Source: Haliotis rufescens (taxonomy: Eukaryota). From it: DNA of 64,000 nucleotides. Position 1 is the stretch's first letter. Each line of letters opens with the position of its first letter. Of the stretch, positions 1 to 12,295 are shown piece after piece. The stretch is from the NCBI RefSeq assembly GCF_023055435.1, contig NW_025964377.1, positions 496,001 to 560,000 on the forward strand, read 5' to 3'. Under the pieces are notes generated by a model. The model ran no database searches, was not told the DNA's origin, and saw only the letters and a program-made list of their open reading frames with translations. A program made the position numbers and the translations under genes.

Positions 1-1
1 T

Positions 2-1429
2 TTCGATACTGTCGTACTGTTTGTCCGTCCTCACTCTCTTCTTGAGCGCCATCTGTCCACCAGTGATGACAAAGAAGATTACTTTTTTGTTGATGGTAAT
101 GGCCACCTCCTCTCTGTCGCCACATCTCGTCAAATCTCGTGGTTCCTCGCTGATCTGGATCTGATCAATGAGATCGCCATTAGCGGTGAACTTCTGAACT
201 CGTTTGTTCCGGCAATCAGCCACGATTATCTCCCCCTTCGACGTGCAGGCGACTCCCCACGAGGAGAGACCTTCGTCCGAATTGCAATCCTCGATTTGAA
301 TCTCACCGAGTTCCTCAAAGTCCCTGTTGAACAGTTTCACAGAGTCTGTCACAGCAAAGTTGACCCTGACCATCATGTCTTCAGGGGGTTCCACGGTCGA
401 GTCCCCCTCCTGCCCTATCTGTTGGATCGAGTCTTTGATAGTCTCGTACACCTGCAAGATCTCCACGTCACTTCCGTACTTGAGCAGAGCCTGCATCCGT
501 TCACTTGCGCACTTTAGGGTCGTCATGTGGTCTTTTGGGGGGCCTTTTTTGGACCCGTTTAGTTGGCTACGAAGCTTCTGTGCCGACTCGTTCAGACGAC
601 TGAGAAGTTTGCTCTGGCTCTCTTCGATCCTCTTGATCAAATCTGCCGAGAGGGATTTAATCCTCTCCTCTGAACGCTTAATGGTCTCCTCCAAGACCTC
701 CCCCGAATCCCCCAGGGCCTGACCCCTGGGTTTCCCCTCGGGGTTGAGCTGCAGCGCTTCTGCCTGAACGATAAGTTCGCCTAAATCCTCCTCCCGCTCA
801 GACATAGCTTCCACCACCGTTACACAATTCTTACATGTTCTATGTGACGTCGCTGCACATTGGACACACGCAGGACCTCGACAGTCCACGCAGAACAGCT
901 TGAGCACCTCCCCTTCGTGCTTCCCGCACAGAACACTACGCTTCCGCTTCATGACGTTCTCCAGCGGAAGTTTACGCATCTCGTCAGCGGAAATGACGAC
1001 ATGGTCAGCGGTGGTCGCCCCGTGGAGGTGGACCTTGCCGCACGCGTCACACATTGCGTCATAGCAGTCCATGCACCAGTTGACTGCAGGTGCCGTCACG
1101 TCCCTTCTGTCACATATGTCGCAGGATTTGTCGTCGTTATAAGCGGTCAAGACCTCACTGAGCTTATTTACAAACGAATCATCCTTGAAGCTATCGCCGT
1201 ACCTCCCTCTCCTGCCGTCGGAAGGAAGCAGTGTAGTCTGTCTGCATTTCGGACAAGGGAAAGACTTGGACCCGTTTCGTTCGAGCTCGCCGTTGATGTG
1301 GTCGTTCAGACACGTTTTGCAGAAAGAGTGTAGACAGGGCAAAGCCTTAGGACGTCGCTGAGGACGGCCGCAAATTCCGCAGCTGCAGAGACCCTCCGAA
1401 AGAGCGTTGAGGATCTCTGCGTCCGCCAT
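2..1429 (-). CDS. Tripartite-motif (TRIM) E3 ubiquitin ligase, RING-Bbox1-Bbox2-coiled coil-NHL/beta-propeller type; runs off the window start
   Basis: Manual translation from ATG 1429 (in-frame TAA about 40 nt upstream): MADAEILNALSEGLCSCGICGRPQRRPKALPCLHSFCKTCL...FPCPKCR (C3HC4 RING), CDICDRRDVTAPAVNWCMDCYDAMCDACGKVH (B-box1), CGKHEGEVLKLFCVDCRGPACVQCAATSH (B-box2), a helical region, then SSWGVACTSKGEIIVADCRNKRVQKF (NHL-like). Missing from the ORF track because no stop falls in the window. Confidence 0.93.
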   Translation of the reverse strand, partial: MADAEILNALSEGLCSCGICGRPQRRPKALPCLHSFCKTCLNDHINGELERNGSKSFPCPKCRQTTLLPSDGRRGRYGDSFKDDSFVNKLSEVLTAYNDDKSCDICDRRDVTAPAVNWCMDCYDAMCDACGKVHLHGATTADHVVISADEMRKLPLENVMKRKRSVLCGKHEGEVLKLFCVDCRGPACVQCAATSHRTCKNCVTVVEAMSEREEDLGELIVQAEALQLNPEGKPRGQALGDSGEVLEETIKRSEERIKSLSADLIKRIEESQSKLLSRLNESAQKLRSQLNGSKKGPPKDHMTTLKCASERMQALLKYGSDVEILQVYETIKDSIQQIGQEGDSTVEPPEDMMVRVNFAVTDSVKLFNRDFEELGEIQIEDCNSDEGLSSWGVACTSKGEIIVADCRNKRVQKFTANGDLIDQIQISEEPRDLTRCGDREEVAITINKKVIFFVITGGQMALKKRVRTDKQYDSIE

Positions 1430-1609
1430 TACTGCGGTCGTCTGCTCTTCTTCCTTCTGTCGTCTGCTTTATTCAGTGTCGTCTTCTCCGAAAATTCTAC
1501 ATGTCATCAAACTTCATTGCAAGTCGTTTGACGTAGCCTCTCTTCGTCGTCTACTCTAGCAATGTCGTCTGCCGAGCTCAATGTCGTCTGCTCGCTGTCA
1601 CGTGACGCT
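1430..1609 (-). other. Probable 5' UTR part of the TRIM coding exon, with a splice acceptor at 1610-1611
   Basis: Minus strand reads TCATTGTTTTCCAG|AGCGTC, a pyrimidine tract plus CAG, 180 nt upstream of the ATG. Confidence 0.5.
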
Positions 1610-2569
1610 CTGGAAAACAATGAAGGTATTGTATTGCACGCTAGCAGTATCGAACTATTGATATTCACCTGGTTGTAAATGGAATGCGGTGATTAGCACG
1701 CTCAGCAGAGGGGCTGTTGGGCTTAGAGATTATTCTGTTTACCAGCTTAACGCCGATTAGGACAGGACCTTGCTTATCAAACACACATTTATTCCTTATG
1801 ACCTTGACCCACATTCAAGCAATTAGCTGTGTGACGTGATTTCAATCATCTCCAGCTTGTTTTACATCGGATAAGGGTCACAACCTTTAAAATCAGATTA
1901 GACTACAAGCTTTAACATCTGATTAGGGAACACAGCACATAAACCGCCCTCCAACTTGCGGGTTCACGTGATATACTGAACAGTATAAAAACGCTACATT
2001 GTTACTTAGGAACAGACAATTGACCACCGAGACTGCTGACGTTATTTTCCCACCCGGGGAACCATTTATACATTCAGAATACCACTAACATGGAGCAACA
2101 CTAATGTACAGATGTGGAGCCAAAATTTATAAACCGGCCGGGTTATTTTAGTAGAATGCACATATTGAACATGCCAACCTTTCACGTCGTCCACGTGATT
2201 GTGATGATACAGTTTTCAGAAATGAAGTGTCCCATATCTCTCCACGCGGGATGAAACGTATAGCAACTGACTGTCACTGAAAACTGACTTAACACTTGTT
2301 TCTTCAGGTACAGAATAAGGGATACGACAGATTATCGTCGACAGTCGATCTAATTTTCTCGGTGTATATACGTTGCAGTCAATGTGTAAAATGTGATTTA
2401 CTTGGGTAATTAATAAAATGCCTAAATGTCACATTTCTCAAATATACTGAAAACTCTGTCCTTTTATTTGACTATATATGATTAAGAAGTTCAAACGAAC
2501 TCAAAAACATCACAATGGACTAATTATGTTAGGAGTTGAAGCAAAACAATATATATCAACATATATACC

Positions 2570-2660
2570 CCACTCAGATACAGCATACTGACTCTGAGCC
2601 GACCAGTCCTTGTTTTATCCCCTTAATGCCGAGCGTGAGGCAGGGTGACAACAGGAGGAC
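2570..2660 (-). mobile_element. Fragment of SINE family C, next to the assembly gap
   Basis: ATACTGACTCTGAGCCGACCAGTCCTTGTTTTATCCCCTTAATGCCGA closely matches 14565-14625 and 18170-18210. Confidence 0.75.
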
Positions 2661-2681
2661 TCTATGCACTGGTCCAGAGAG

Positions 2682-2885
2682 NNNNNNNNNNNNNNNNNNN
2701 NNNNNNNNNNNNNNNNNNNNNNNNNNNNNNNNNNNNNNNNNNNNNNNNNNNNNNNNNNNNNNNNNNNNNNNNNNNNNNNNNNNNNNNNNNNNNNNNNNNN
2801 NNNNNNNNNNNNNNNNNNNNNNNNNNNNNNNNNNNNNNNNNNNNNNNNNNNNNNNNNNNNNNNNNNNNNNNNNNNNNNNNNNNNN
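2682..2885. other. Assembly gap (204 N)
   Basis: Run of N in the sequence. Confidence 1.
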
Positions 2886-3279
2886 ACCACTGATTGTCCA
2901 AAGACACAACTGGTCTAGTAGTGACAAGGAAACAATTTAATGGCGTTAGTTGTTTATACTTCAAACAAGGGCTAGCCAGCAAGTGTTAGGTTCAAGATTA
3001 TAGCTTGTTTCAAATATAACACTTCAGCTGTTTCAAGTAGAACTGGATGCGAGCCAAATCTTTCCGATTGATTTCCCCTAAACGAATCGGAACGAACCCT
3101 ACTGCCATAATGCTCCTATCTAAAAACAATGGCGTCTCACTATCCACGTCCGAGGTAGAATTTCTTTCTCAATAACCTGCTTGGTGATTTATCCAAATTA
3201 AAACGAGACCCTTGCCTGTGTATGCCTTCATTGATATGTTGAGCCATCTCTCAGAGCGATAAACAGATTGTGTTCATAG

Positions 3280-3425
3280 CCAGGGCAACTTAACAGGTGT
3301 GCGTTATCCTGACGAGATCCTACGTCCTCGCGTTGTCCTGGCACTGCAAGCATCAGGTGCAATTTTCAGCATGACCGTTACCCCAATTGAGCACCTGTGG
3401 GTTGAGCCAGACAGAAATTTAGGTC
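3280..3425 (+). mobile_element. Internally deleted Tc1/mariner transposase relic
   Basis: Translates GNLTGVRYPDEILRPRVVLALQASGAIF...PIEHLWVE, resembling the Tc1 DDE motifs (Y..EIL.P.V.P; FQHDN; NPIEHLW). The segment between the second D and the E is lost. Confidence 0.75.
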
Positions 3426-4133
3426 AACGTAAACCAAGTCAGACCAACCCTTCACTTCCTTGCTTACCAAAAAATCCGTCTAACGTTTACGGGCCAAACC
3501 AACCAAACCGTCTAACGCTTACGAGCCAAACCAACTAAGCACAACCAACCATTTACTTCTTTGCTAAGCAACCAATCCGTCTAACACTTACGAGCCAAAC
3601 CAGCCAAACACCACCAACCCTTCACTTCCTTGCTTACCAGACCAACACTCCAACACCACCCCCAACTCTCACGACAAATAGATGTGCATCACCGACCCGC
3701 CACGAGGTCTGAACGTTGCTTTCTAACGGTATCTTATCGGTCTAACCTTTTATACAGAAACATATAAATATTTATGACATTATAAGCTGAAGGCATAGTG
3801 AGAATGTCTGAGGTCGGGTATTACAGCTCATAAACCTCTGCTGGCTGTGATCCGGGGTTCAATAGCTGAGCGTCCCTCTGTCAATGTGTCTGTGTCCAGG
3901 ATACATAGTGCAACACAAACCACAGCGAGTTGCTGACCCGGGATGACATTACGACAACACGTTTGATGTGTATGAGGTTAGTACAAATCTGAGGTCAGGA
4001 CAGGGTTTAACGTAAAGTAGTTCGAGTTTTATTGCCGCAATACAAGTCATATATGCCTGCTCGTTTGTGCTTGACATCTGTACATCAAGTCGCTGTTGTA
4101 GGACGATAATGCTGATCTTGGACACGGAATAAG

Positions 4134-4562
4134 TTTGTTTGTTTGGCGGTGGGGTAGCCTAGTGGTTAAAGCGTTCGCTCGTCAGGCCGAAAGCCCGGGT
4201 TCCATTCCCTGCATGGGTACAATGTGTGAAGCCCAATTTTGGTTACCCCCGTAATATTGCTGGAATAATGCTAAGAGCGCAGTAAAACCATACTCACTCA
4301 CTCACTTGTTCTCTGACGTTGCACTCAGCAATATTCCAGCTATATGACGGCGGTCTGTAAATAATCGAGTCTGAACCAGAAATTCCAGTGATTGACATCA
4401 TGAGCATCGATCCACGCAGTTTGGATACGATGACATGCATCAAACAAAGTCAGCGAGCCTGACCACCCAATCCCGTTAGTCGCCTTTCCCAGCAAGCATC
4501 GTCGCCTTTTACGGCAAGCATGGATTGCTGAAGACCTATTCTACCCCGGATCTTCACGAGTC
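4134..4562 (-). mobile_element. SINE-like family B (no tRNA head), full length, with a family A SINE nested in its (CAAA)n tail
   Basis: 12-bp TSD ACACGGAATAAG at 4122-4133 and 4563-4574; body matches 10110-10356 in reverse complement. Confidence 0.9.
4145..4305 (+). mobile_element. tRNA-derived SINE family A
   Basis: A-box-like TAGCCTAGTGGTTAAAGC, B-box-like GGTTCCATTCC, body CATGGGTACAATGTGTGAAGCCC, (ACTC)n tail; matches 37143-37319 and 56398-56555. Confidence 0.9.
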
Positions 4563-5777
4563 ACACGGAATAAGAGTCGTGCTACAATGTATAACGTGGG
4601 TGATGACGTGAACTGATGCTCATGATATCAACCACCTGTTTACCCGACCCAGTCTCGGTTATTTACAAGCTGTGATACAGCCGAGTATTGTTAGATGCGG
4701 TGTGAGGTATTAACCGTCTCATTTATATCACAGAGCGTAATACATCTGAATAAAACTGGTTATCTAACAGCTGGGTTAAAAAGACCCCAGATATTAACAC
4801 AGCACTCAGTCACTCAGTTCAGTTTCTTACTGGATACAGCACCATAAACATATACTTGGGGAACAATACCAATGTGATAACCATTATATCACAATGCATC
4901 CATGATATAATGTACTATCTCGGGACTTTTGACATATCCCCTATTAATCACGTTACGCATGCGCCGTGTTCCACTCTCAGTCCAATTCTGTCAAAAGATG
5001 AAAGGCATTCGTCCAACCACCTGTGGATTTCACACACCCGTCTTTCACCGCTTCCACGTGATTTACGTCACATGTTCCCCCTATATATCATTAATAACAC
5101 CCCTGTTACACACACAACCCTACCTCCCAGGTGTACTCGCGGGGAGCGGGGCGGGGGATCACCTGGTCTTTCATACAGATGCGGTTGTAATGTTATCAAA
5201 GCTATGTGTGTTGACATTGTTCAATATGTTACGAACTATTTTACGAACATGTTGACCTCAACCACCTGTACCGGTGCAGTTGCCAGACGTCAGTGCATGT
5301 GGTAGGTATGCGGATGAATACATGGTTATAAAAGTAGTTCCAGATCGGGCCACCTGGGTGGTTACGAACTGGAGACTTGCCAGCAGGGTGGGCGTCTCAA
5401 AGTTTTTAGATTAATTTACAACCAAGCTGTTATCGAGGATGAGAAAATTGAATTTACACCTGTCTGTCAGAATTTGTTTTGGAGATGTAGACATTAATAA
5501 GACCAACAGTATCTGCAAACTCTCAGTTCATTAGTTCATAGATGCGTGTTTCTTGAAGCCCTGGTGATGGGGTTACAGGATTTATTGTGTAATAGGAAAA
5601 TTCCCATTACTCATACACTGGGTTGCTGGCGATGGAGATGTCTATGTGTACGGAGCAAGGCGGGCCTTGGTGTCGAGTGAGTGTGTGGATATTTCAGTTA
5701 CTGCCAATGACGTGCACATACTCCAGTCTGGACCAAGCTAACCAACCACTGAATCAATAAGCGACGTGCCGAAAAAG

Positions 5778-7065
5778 GTGACCACCCGATCCCCTTATTA
5801 CTGACCACCCGATCCAATGACCACCCTTTCCCTAAATTATTGACCACCCAATCCCCATATTACTGACGACCCGATCCCCTTATTACTGACCACCCGATCC
5901 ACTGACCACCCGATCCCCTTATTACTGACTACCCGATCCCCTTATTACTGACCACCCGATCCCCTTATTACAAACCACCCGATCCACTGACCACCAGATG
6001 CCCTTTTTACTGACCACCCGATCCCCTTATTATAGACCACCCGATCCACTGACCACCTGATCCCCTTATTACTGACCACCCGATCCCCTTATTACTGACC
6101 ACCCGATCCACTGACCACCCGATCCACTGACCACCCTTTCCCTAAATTACTGACCACCTGATTCCCTTATTATTGACCCCCCTATCTCTAATTTACTGAC
6201 CACTATATCCCCTTATTACTGACCAGCCGATCCCCTTATTATAGACCACCCGATCCACTGACCACCAGATGCCCTTTTTACTGACCACCCGATCCCCTTA
6301 TTATAGACCACCCGATCCACTGACCACCTGATCCCCTTATTACTGACCACCCGATCCCCTTATTACTGACCACCCAATCCACTGACCACCCGATCCACTG
6401 ACCACCCTTTCCCTAAATTACTGACCACCTGATTCCCTTATTATTGACCCCCCTATCTCTAATTTACTGACCACTATATCCCCTTATTATAGACCACCCG
6501 ATCCACTGACCACCAGATGCCCTTTTTACTGACCACCCGATCCCCTTATTATAGACCACCCGATCCACTGACCACCTGATCCCCTTATTACTAACCACCC
6601 GATCCCCTTATTACTGACCACCCGATCCACTGACCACCCTTTCCCTAAATTACTGACCACCTGATTCCCTTATTATTGACCCCCCTATCTCTAATTTACT
6701 GACCACCTGATTCCCTTATTATTGACCCCCCTTTCTCTAATTTACTGACCACCTGATTCCCTTATTACTGACCACCCGATTCCCATATTACTGACCACAC
6801 CACCCCCTTATTATTGACCACCCGATCCTCATATTACTGACCACGCCACCCCCGTATTACTGACCACCATATCCCCTTATTACTGACCACCCGTTCCCCA
6901 TATTACTGACCACACCACCCACTTATTACTGACCACCTAACTCCTTTATTATTGACCACCTGACTCCCTTATTACTAACCACGCCTACCCCTTATTACTG
7001 ACCGCACCACCCCCTTATTACTGACCACCATATCCCCTTATTATTGACCACCCGATCTCCTTATT
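5778..7065. repeat. Minisatellite with a ~23-bp unit ACTGACCACCCGATCCCCTTATT and ~16-bp variants
   Basis: Tandem units visible throughout, with repeated higher-order blocks. Confidence 0.95.
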
Positions 7066-7946
7066 TCTTTCAGTACTTCCAACTCGGAGCCAGTGCTTGA
7101 TCACGTAGCACTTATCATGTATATAACACAGGTATTTGTATTACTGGGATTTAAGTCGGAGGTATGTGGAGGTGAAACCGGGTGTGTCCCAACAAAGGCG
7201 TCTTTGTCAGTGCAAGTCTCGTGAATACACTACACAGTGCCTGTTGAACCAGTGACTACAGGACACTATACGCGACAAAGCTGTGATACAAACACCCCCT
7301 GGGACAGTATATCAATACAGCTCGGTACACGGGGGTGAAGACAGCATTGCGACTCTAACATCACTTGGTAGTGGAGAACTGACTGACTGAGTGAGTTTGG
7401 TTTAAGTCTGCATTGAACAGTGTGTCACGATGATTGAGGTGACACTCCTGACTTAATGCAGGTCTTAGACGTTTACCGCACAGCAAAGCGAATTGTTTGA
7501 CACGATAAGGTCCCACGATCCATTAAACATTTTCGATGATAAAGTGAGTTTCAGTCCCGTTCCTCCGCGATCTCCATTATACGCTATGGTGCCTCAAAGT
7601 ATTACGAACAGTTCTCTAAAAAGAAAATATGACTATCTTACTAACTTACTTACAGCTACACATCGAGGCCGATACATCTTCGTGGTATAAGACGTCTATT
7701 CGAGCTTTGCCTGTGGTTTCGGTATTTCTACATATATATTGGTATGTCTAAGGCCCCAAAGGAACAAGTGAATATTGTTTCACGCCGTTGCAAAGAATGG
7801 ACATTGTACCCATGTGAGTAATCGAACCAGGGTCATTAGAATGACGAGCAAAACACTTTAGACTCTTGGCGACTCGACCGCCTCAAAACTTAACTTCACT
7901 TGTCAGCTTTGGGGATTATAGGGTAACTGGTACCATGGATACTACC

Positions 7947-8812
7947 CAGAAAACTGCCCGTCTAGGAAAACTGCCCGTCTGGGATAAATGGCCCTCCAGG
8001 ATAACTGACCCGAAAGGAAAACTGGCACTCTAGGAAGACTGGCCCTCTAGGAAAACTGACCCTCTGGGAAAACTACCCCTCTAGGAAAACTGACCCTCAA
8101 GGAAAACTACCTCTCTAGGAAAACTACCCCTCTAGGAAAACCTGACCTCCAGAAAAACTGACCCAAAAGGAAAACTGACCCTTTTGGAAAACTACCCCTC
8201 TAGGAAAACTGACCCTCTAGGAAAACTACCCCTCTAGGAAAACTGACCCTCTAGGAAAACTGACCCTCTAGGAAAACTACCCATCTAGGAAAACTGACCC
8301 TCTAGGAGGACTGGACCTCTAGAAAAACTGACCCTCTAGGAAGACTGACCCTCTAGGAAAACTACCCATCTAGGAAAACTGACCCTCTAGGAAAACTACC
8401 CATCTAGGAAAACTGACCCTCTAGGAGGACTGGACGTCTCGAAAAACTGACCCTCTAGGAAGACTGACCCTCTAGGAAAACTACCCATCTAGGAAAACTG
8501 ACCCTCTAGGAAAACTACCCATCTAGGAAAACTGACCCTCTAGGAAAACTACCCCTCTAGGAAAACTGACCCTCTAGGAGGACTGGACCTCTAGGAAAAC
8601 TGACCCTCTAGGAAAACTGACCCTCTAGGAACACTGGACCTCTAGGAAAACTGACCCTCCAGGAAGACTGGACATCTAGAAAAAATGACCCTCTAGGGAA
8701 ACTACCCCTCAAGGAAAACTGACCCTATTGGAACACTGGACCTCTAGAAAAACTGACACTCTAGGAAGACTGGACCTCTAGAAAAACTGACACTCTAGGT
8801 AAACGTGCCCTT
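7947..8812. repeat. Minisatellite with a 17-bp unit GGAAAACTGACCCTCTA, about 50 copies
   Basis: Direct 17-nt periodicity, e.g. 8221-8280. Confidence 0.95.
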
Positions 8813-9403
8813 TAATACTGCTGATCTCAAGATGATACTTACATAACCTAGGACATAGCTTGCTGAAACTACCCGCAAGGAGTTCATCATCCCCCTTGAA
8901 CTTCATCGCCCTACCCCTGCTACCCTCGGGTTTCTCAACACCAACCAAAACTTCGGAGCGTTTTATCTAGCTAAGATACTGACAAATATGGATCAACTAT
9001 GTAAAAAAGTGTGTCATAAATGCCGTGGGACGAGGTGTGTGCGTCAGTTGCCCAATTACTTCACAGCGGGGTGTTCAACAAATATATTGCCAACATGACC
9101 CAGGAATCAGAGTCATCTTTTACACGCCTACAGGAATTTTTAATTAACGAATCTTCATCACCAGATGTTATGGATTCAGTTTGCTATTAATGAGCGCCGT
9201 TACGTTGTCAGAATGAGCGTTGAGTGAGTGCAAAACTAACACTGCCAAACATTGCCCCTTCCATCACTGTCCCCCGGCCGGGTGCAAACACATTACTCCC
9301 TGTCACTGAAGAGTTGGTTGTCCTTGAAGGCTGGTGTCGGACTGGCGTATCTGCTCTATACTGTACTCAAGTTGTCAAGTCACAAGACAGGGGAAATAAC
9401 TTG

Positions 9404-9600
9404 TGAGTGAGTGAGTGAGTGAGTGAGTGAGTGGGTGAATGAGTGAGTGAGTGAGTGAGTGAGTGAGTGAGTGAGTGTTACGCAGCCTTTAGCATTATAT
9501 AAACAATTCCACGGTTTGGGGCATCACCAATGGGCTTCACACTTTGCACCCATATGAGAATCGAACCCGGTCCATTGGCATGACTTTAACCACAAGGCGC
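9404..9600 (-). mobile_element. Degenerate SINE family A with an expanded (GAGT)n tail
   Basis: (GAGT)n at 9404-9477, then AATGGGCTTCACAC...ATCGAACCCGG...TTTAACCAC. Confidence 0.8.
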
Positions 9601-10109
9601 CTTTGTCAACCCCGCCCTTCACAAATGAGAAGCACGGCGAGGCGCCAAGTTGCATAAAGACAGACACCCACCAAGGCTTAAGAATTATCTTGAGACTTCT
9701 AATGTTTGCATTTTAATGTGCTATACCTGTTTAATGTGCTATATCTGTTTAATGAGCTATGATAAATGCAGTTTTATACATATAGGTAATAAATGTAACA
9801 AAAGGTTGCATAAATTAAATCGTTTACATATTTTATACATTCTTATTGTTATTTCTATTGTGCTGTTCCATTCCACTAACAGGTAATATGCAGGCAGAAC
9901 TGCGTGCACTGTGCCATGATAATTGTTGTTTTAGTCTGTAGACGTTTTGGCATTTAGAAGTTTTGAGAGAATATCATCTTAAACACTAGCTCGGGGCACA
10001 CGGTGGTGGGTAGTCTAGTGGTTAAAGCTCTCCCTTGTCCATCGGAGGACAGCCCGATCTCAGCGCCCGACCTCAGCGCTCAGGTGATCGTAATTCCCAT
10101 ACCTGAACA

Positions 10110-10356
10110 GCCCCGTGAAGATTCGGGGTAGAATAGGTCTTCAGTAACCCATTCTTGCCGTAAAAGGCGACTATGCTTGTCGTAAAAGGCGACTAACGGG
10201 ATCGGGTGGTCAGGCTCGCTGACTTGGTTGATGGATGTCATTGATCCCAATTGTGTGGATATCAATAACTGGATTGTCTGGTCCAGACTCGATTATTTAC
10301 AGACCACCGTCATATAGCTGGAATATTGCTGAGTGCGGCGTTAAACAACCAACCAA
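10110..10356 (+). mobile_element. SINE-like family B, full length
   Basis: TSD CCATACCT(G/T)AACA at 10097-10109 and 10357-10369; starts GCCCCGTGAAGAT and ends GCGGCGTTAAA(CAAC)n. Confidence 0.92.
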
Positions 10357-11225
10357 CCATACCTTAACATAGACTTACGACAGTCGTAGCGCTAAGGTTG
10401 TTTTCTACAACGACACCCATGGCCATCGGTGAGGATCACAGCGTTCCCCGCCTCCATATCACAGCTAGAAGCCACCTGACATCACACTCACTAATTGTCG
10501 AGCAATGTGTGTACGTTATATTACTCAGCTTTCCTATTGCCGATAAATACATTCTAAAAGCGTGCAGACTCTACCGTTTAATAAGCAACGCCCCACACGG
10601 AGATTATACCCGGTATATGGCCTTTGTACTGACTAACCTTGGCTTTACCTGGTCTTACCTGTGGCGTCCGCCTATCAAGATTAAAGACTTCAATATACTA
10701 GGTAGACCAGTTTAAGTGTGTCGGAGTCACGTAGATTTATAGTGGCATGTCATTTATCTGTGTCCAGTGAGTTGATAACTGAACACTGCCATTGAAACCA
10801 ACGCTGTCACTCGGGCGCACAGTCGCTTGTAATTGAAGTGTTACATTCTTTAGCCATTTTGTAATTGGATTTTCTGCGCTTTGCTCTTTGGGTGGGTAGA
10901 GTCGTGATGCAATTTAAGGAGAATCAAGTGGTCCACCCTTTTTTAAATGTATTGGTGCGTGGCGCAGGGATTAATTCCGTGTAAGTATTTATATACAGAA
11001 GATATTTCGAGATTTTGTGGGTCAAAAGGTTATTTAACGCTGTTTTTCGCGGCGTTTCGCAAGTAACATTATCTTATACCGGTTTAAATTGGTTTGAATA
11101 AACGATGAGTATTTGGACCAATTGGGCAGAACTAGAGCCCCGCATGTGTCACTGGGTTAAGCAGGTAGGAGGAAGGAGTATACAGTATGTCAAATAGTTA
11201 CCAATTTCCCGGATCCAGGGTGAAC

Positions 11226-11371
11226 GAGTGAGTATGGTTTTACGCCGCTTATAGCAACAGTACAGCGATATCACGGTGGGGGACGCCAGAAATGGGCTTC
11301 ACATTATACCCTTGAGGGAATCGAACCCGGACTTTCGGTGTGACGAACGAACGCTTTAACCACTAGACTAA
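11226..11371 (-). mobile_element. SINE family A
   Basis: Reverse complement of the family A consensus, including GGAATCGAACCCGG and GCTTTAACCACTAG. Confidence 0.88.
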
Positions 11372-12295
11372 CAACGAACCCTCTCCAGGAAGCAATGCCC
11401 TAGTGAGTGGTGACTGTCGTACTTCAGGTGTGTCGAAATAGAACATCTTATAATATAATGCATTGTATGGTGTAGCGATTAATGCGCATTCAGCAATCCC
11501 AGGTACCCAGTAACAGTGCGTATGATGTTTTAGGCCGCAGTCAGCAATAGTCAAGTTATATCCAGTGTGATCGAGTGTGGACCAGACAGACCAGTGACTG
11601 GCACAAAGAGCAACGACTCAGCCTTCACGATAACACGCCAACAGCAAAGTCAAACAGCCGAACAGCCATCGATGCAATTTAGCCGCTACTAACGACAAGC
11701 TACACTATAGGTTCATGGATCCCAGACTAAGTCTAACACGGGACGAATCGCGAGTAACCCTGGAAAAACGAATCATCGGTACTCTCTGAAGTAATAAATT
11801 CCAGGAGTAACGAATTATTGGTAACTTCCGAATGCACAAATCATCTGTTCACGTGATTAGTTAATCCGGACGTTCAGGGTGGGATAATGTTCGGATTAAC
11901 GAGGTCTCACTCTGTTTAGTGTCTCTATAGTTTGCTTCATTTGTTTGTCAACATGTTATGGGGACAATAACTTTCGTGAAGTGAAGGGGGTTTACAAGTT
12001 GTGCCTGTCACCACCTCTCCACACTTTGTGTGTATTCTGATAACACTGAAGGGACGTGTTAGGCTACTGAATATCTAACACATCTGGCCGCAGTACTACT
12101 GCATGTACTGACAGAGGGGGTCTATGGAAGCGCTGCAGGGTAAACTACAAGCCCACGCCCAGTCACACCCATGCACGCACCTGCTCCAGAACAGCACAAC
12201 GCTGACTAACACAATGGCATACACATGATATACATGATATAATAAGTGTGATTGGTACTGTACAGTGTATCACAATTCCAATTTTGTGTATGACT

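Noticed and set aside
296-1333. Plus-strand ORFs of 73-157 aa
   Set aside because: Antisense shadows of the TRIM coding sequence.
2536-2982. ORFs spanning the N run
   Set aside because: Artefacts of the assembly gap.
10110-10200. Calling the family B head a canonical HDV-like or hammerhead ribozyme
   Set aside because: A GACCCG/CGGGGU pairing and a CUAA motif are suggestive, but only 8 nt separate the putative P1 strands, too few for P2/P3/L3. The antisense CUGAAGA has no matching GAAA. Kept only as an unclassified candidate.
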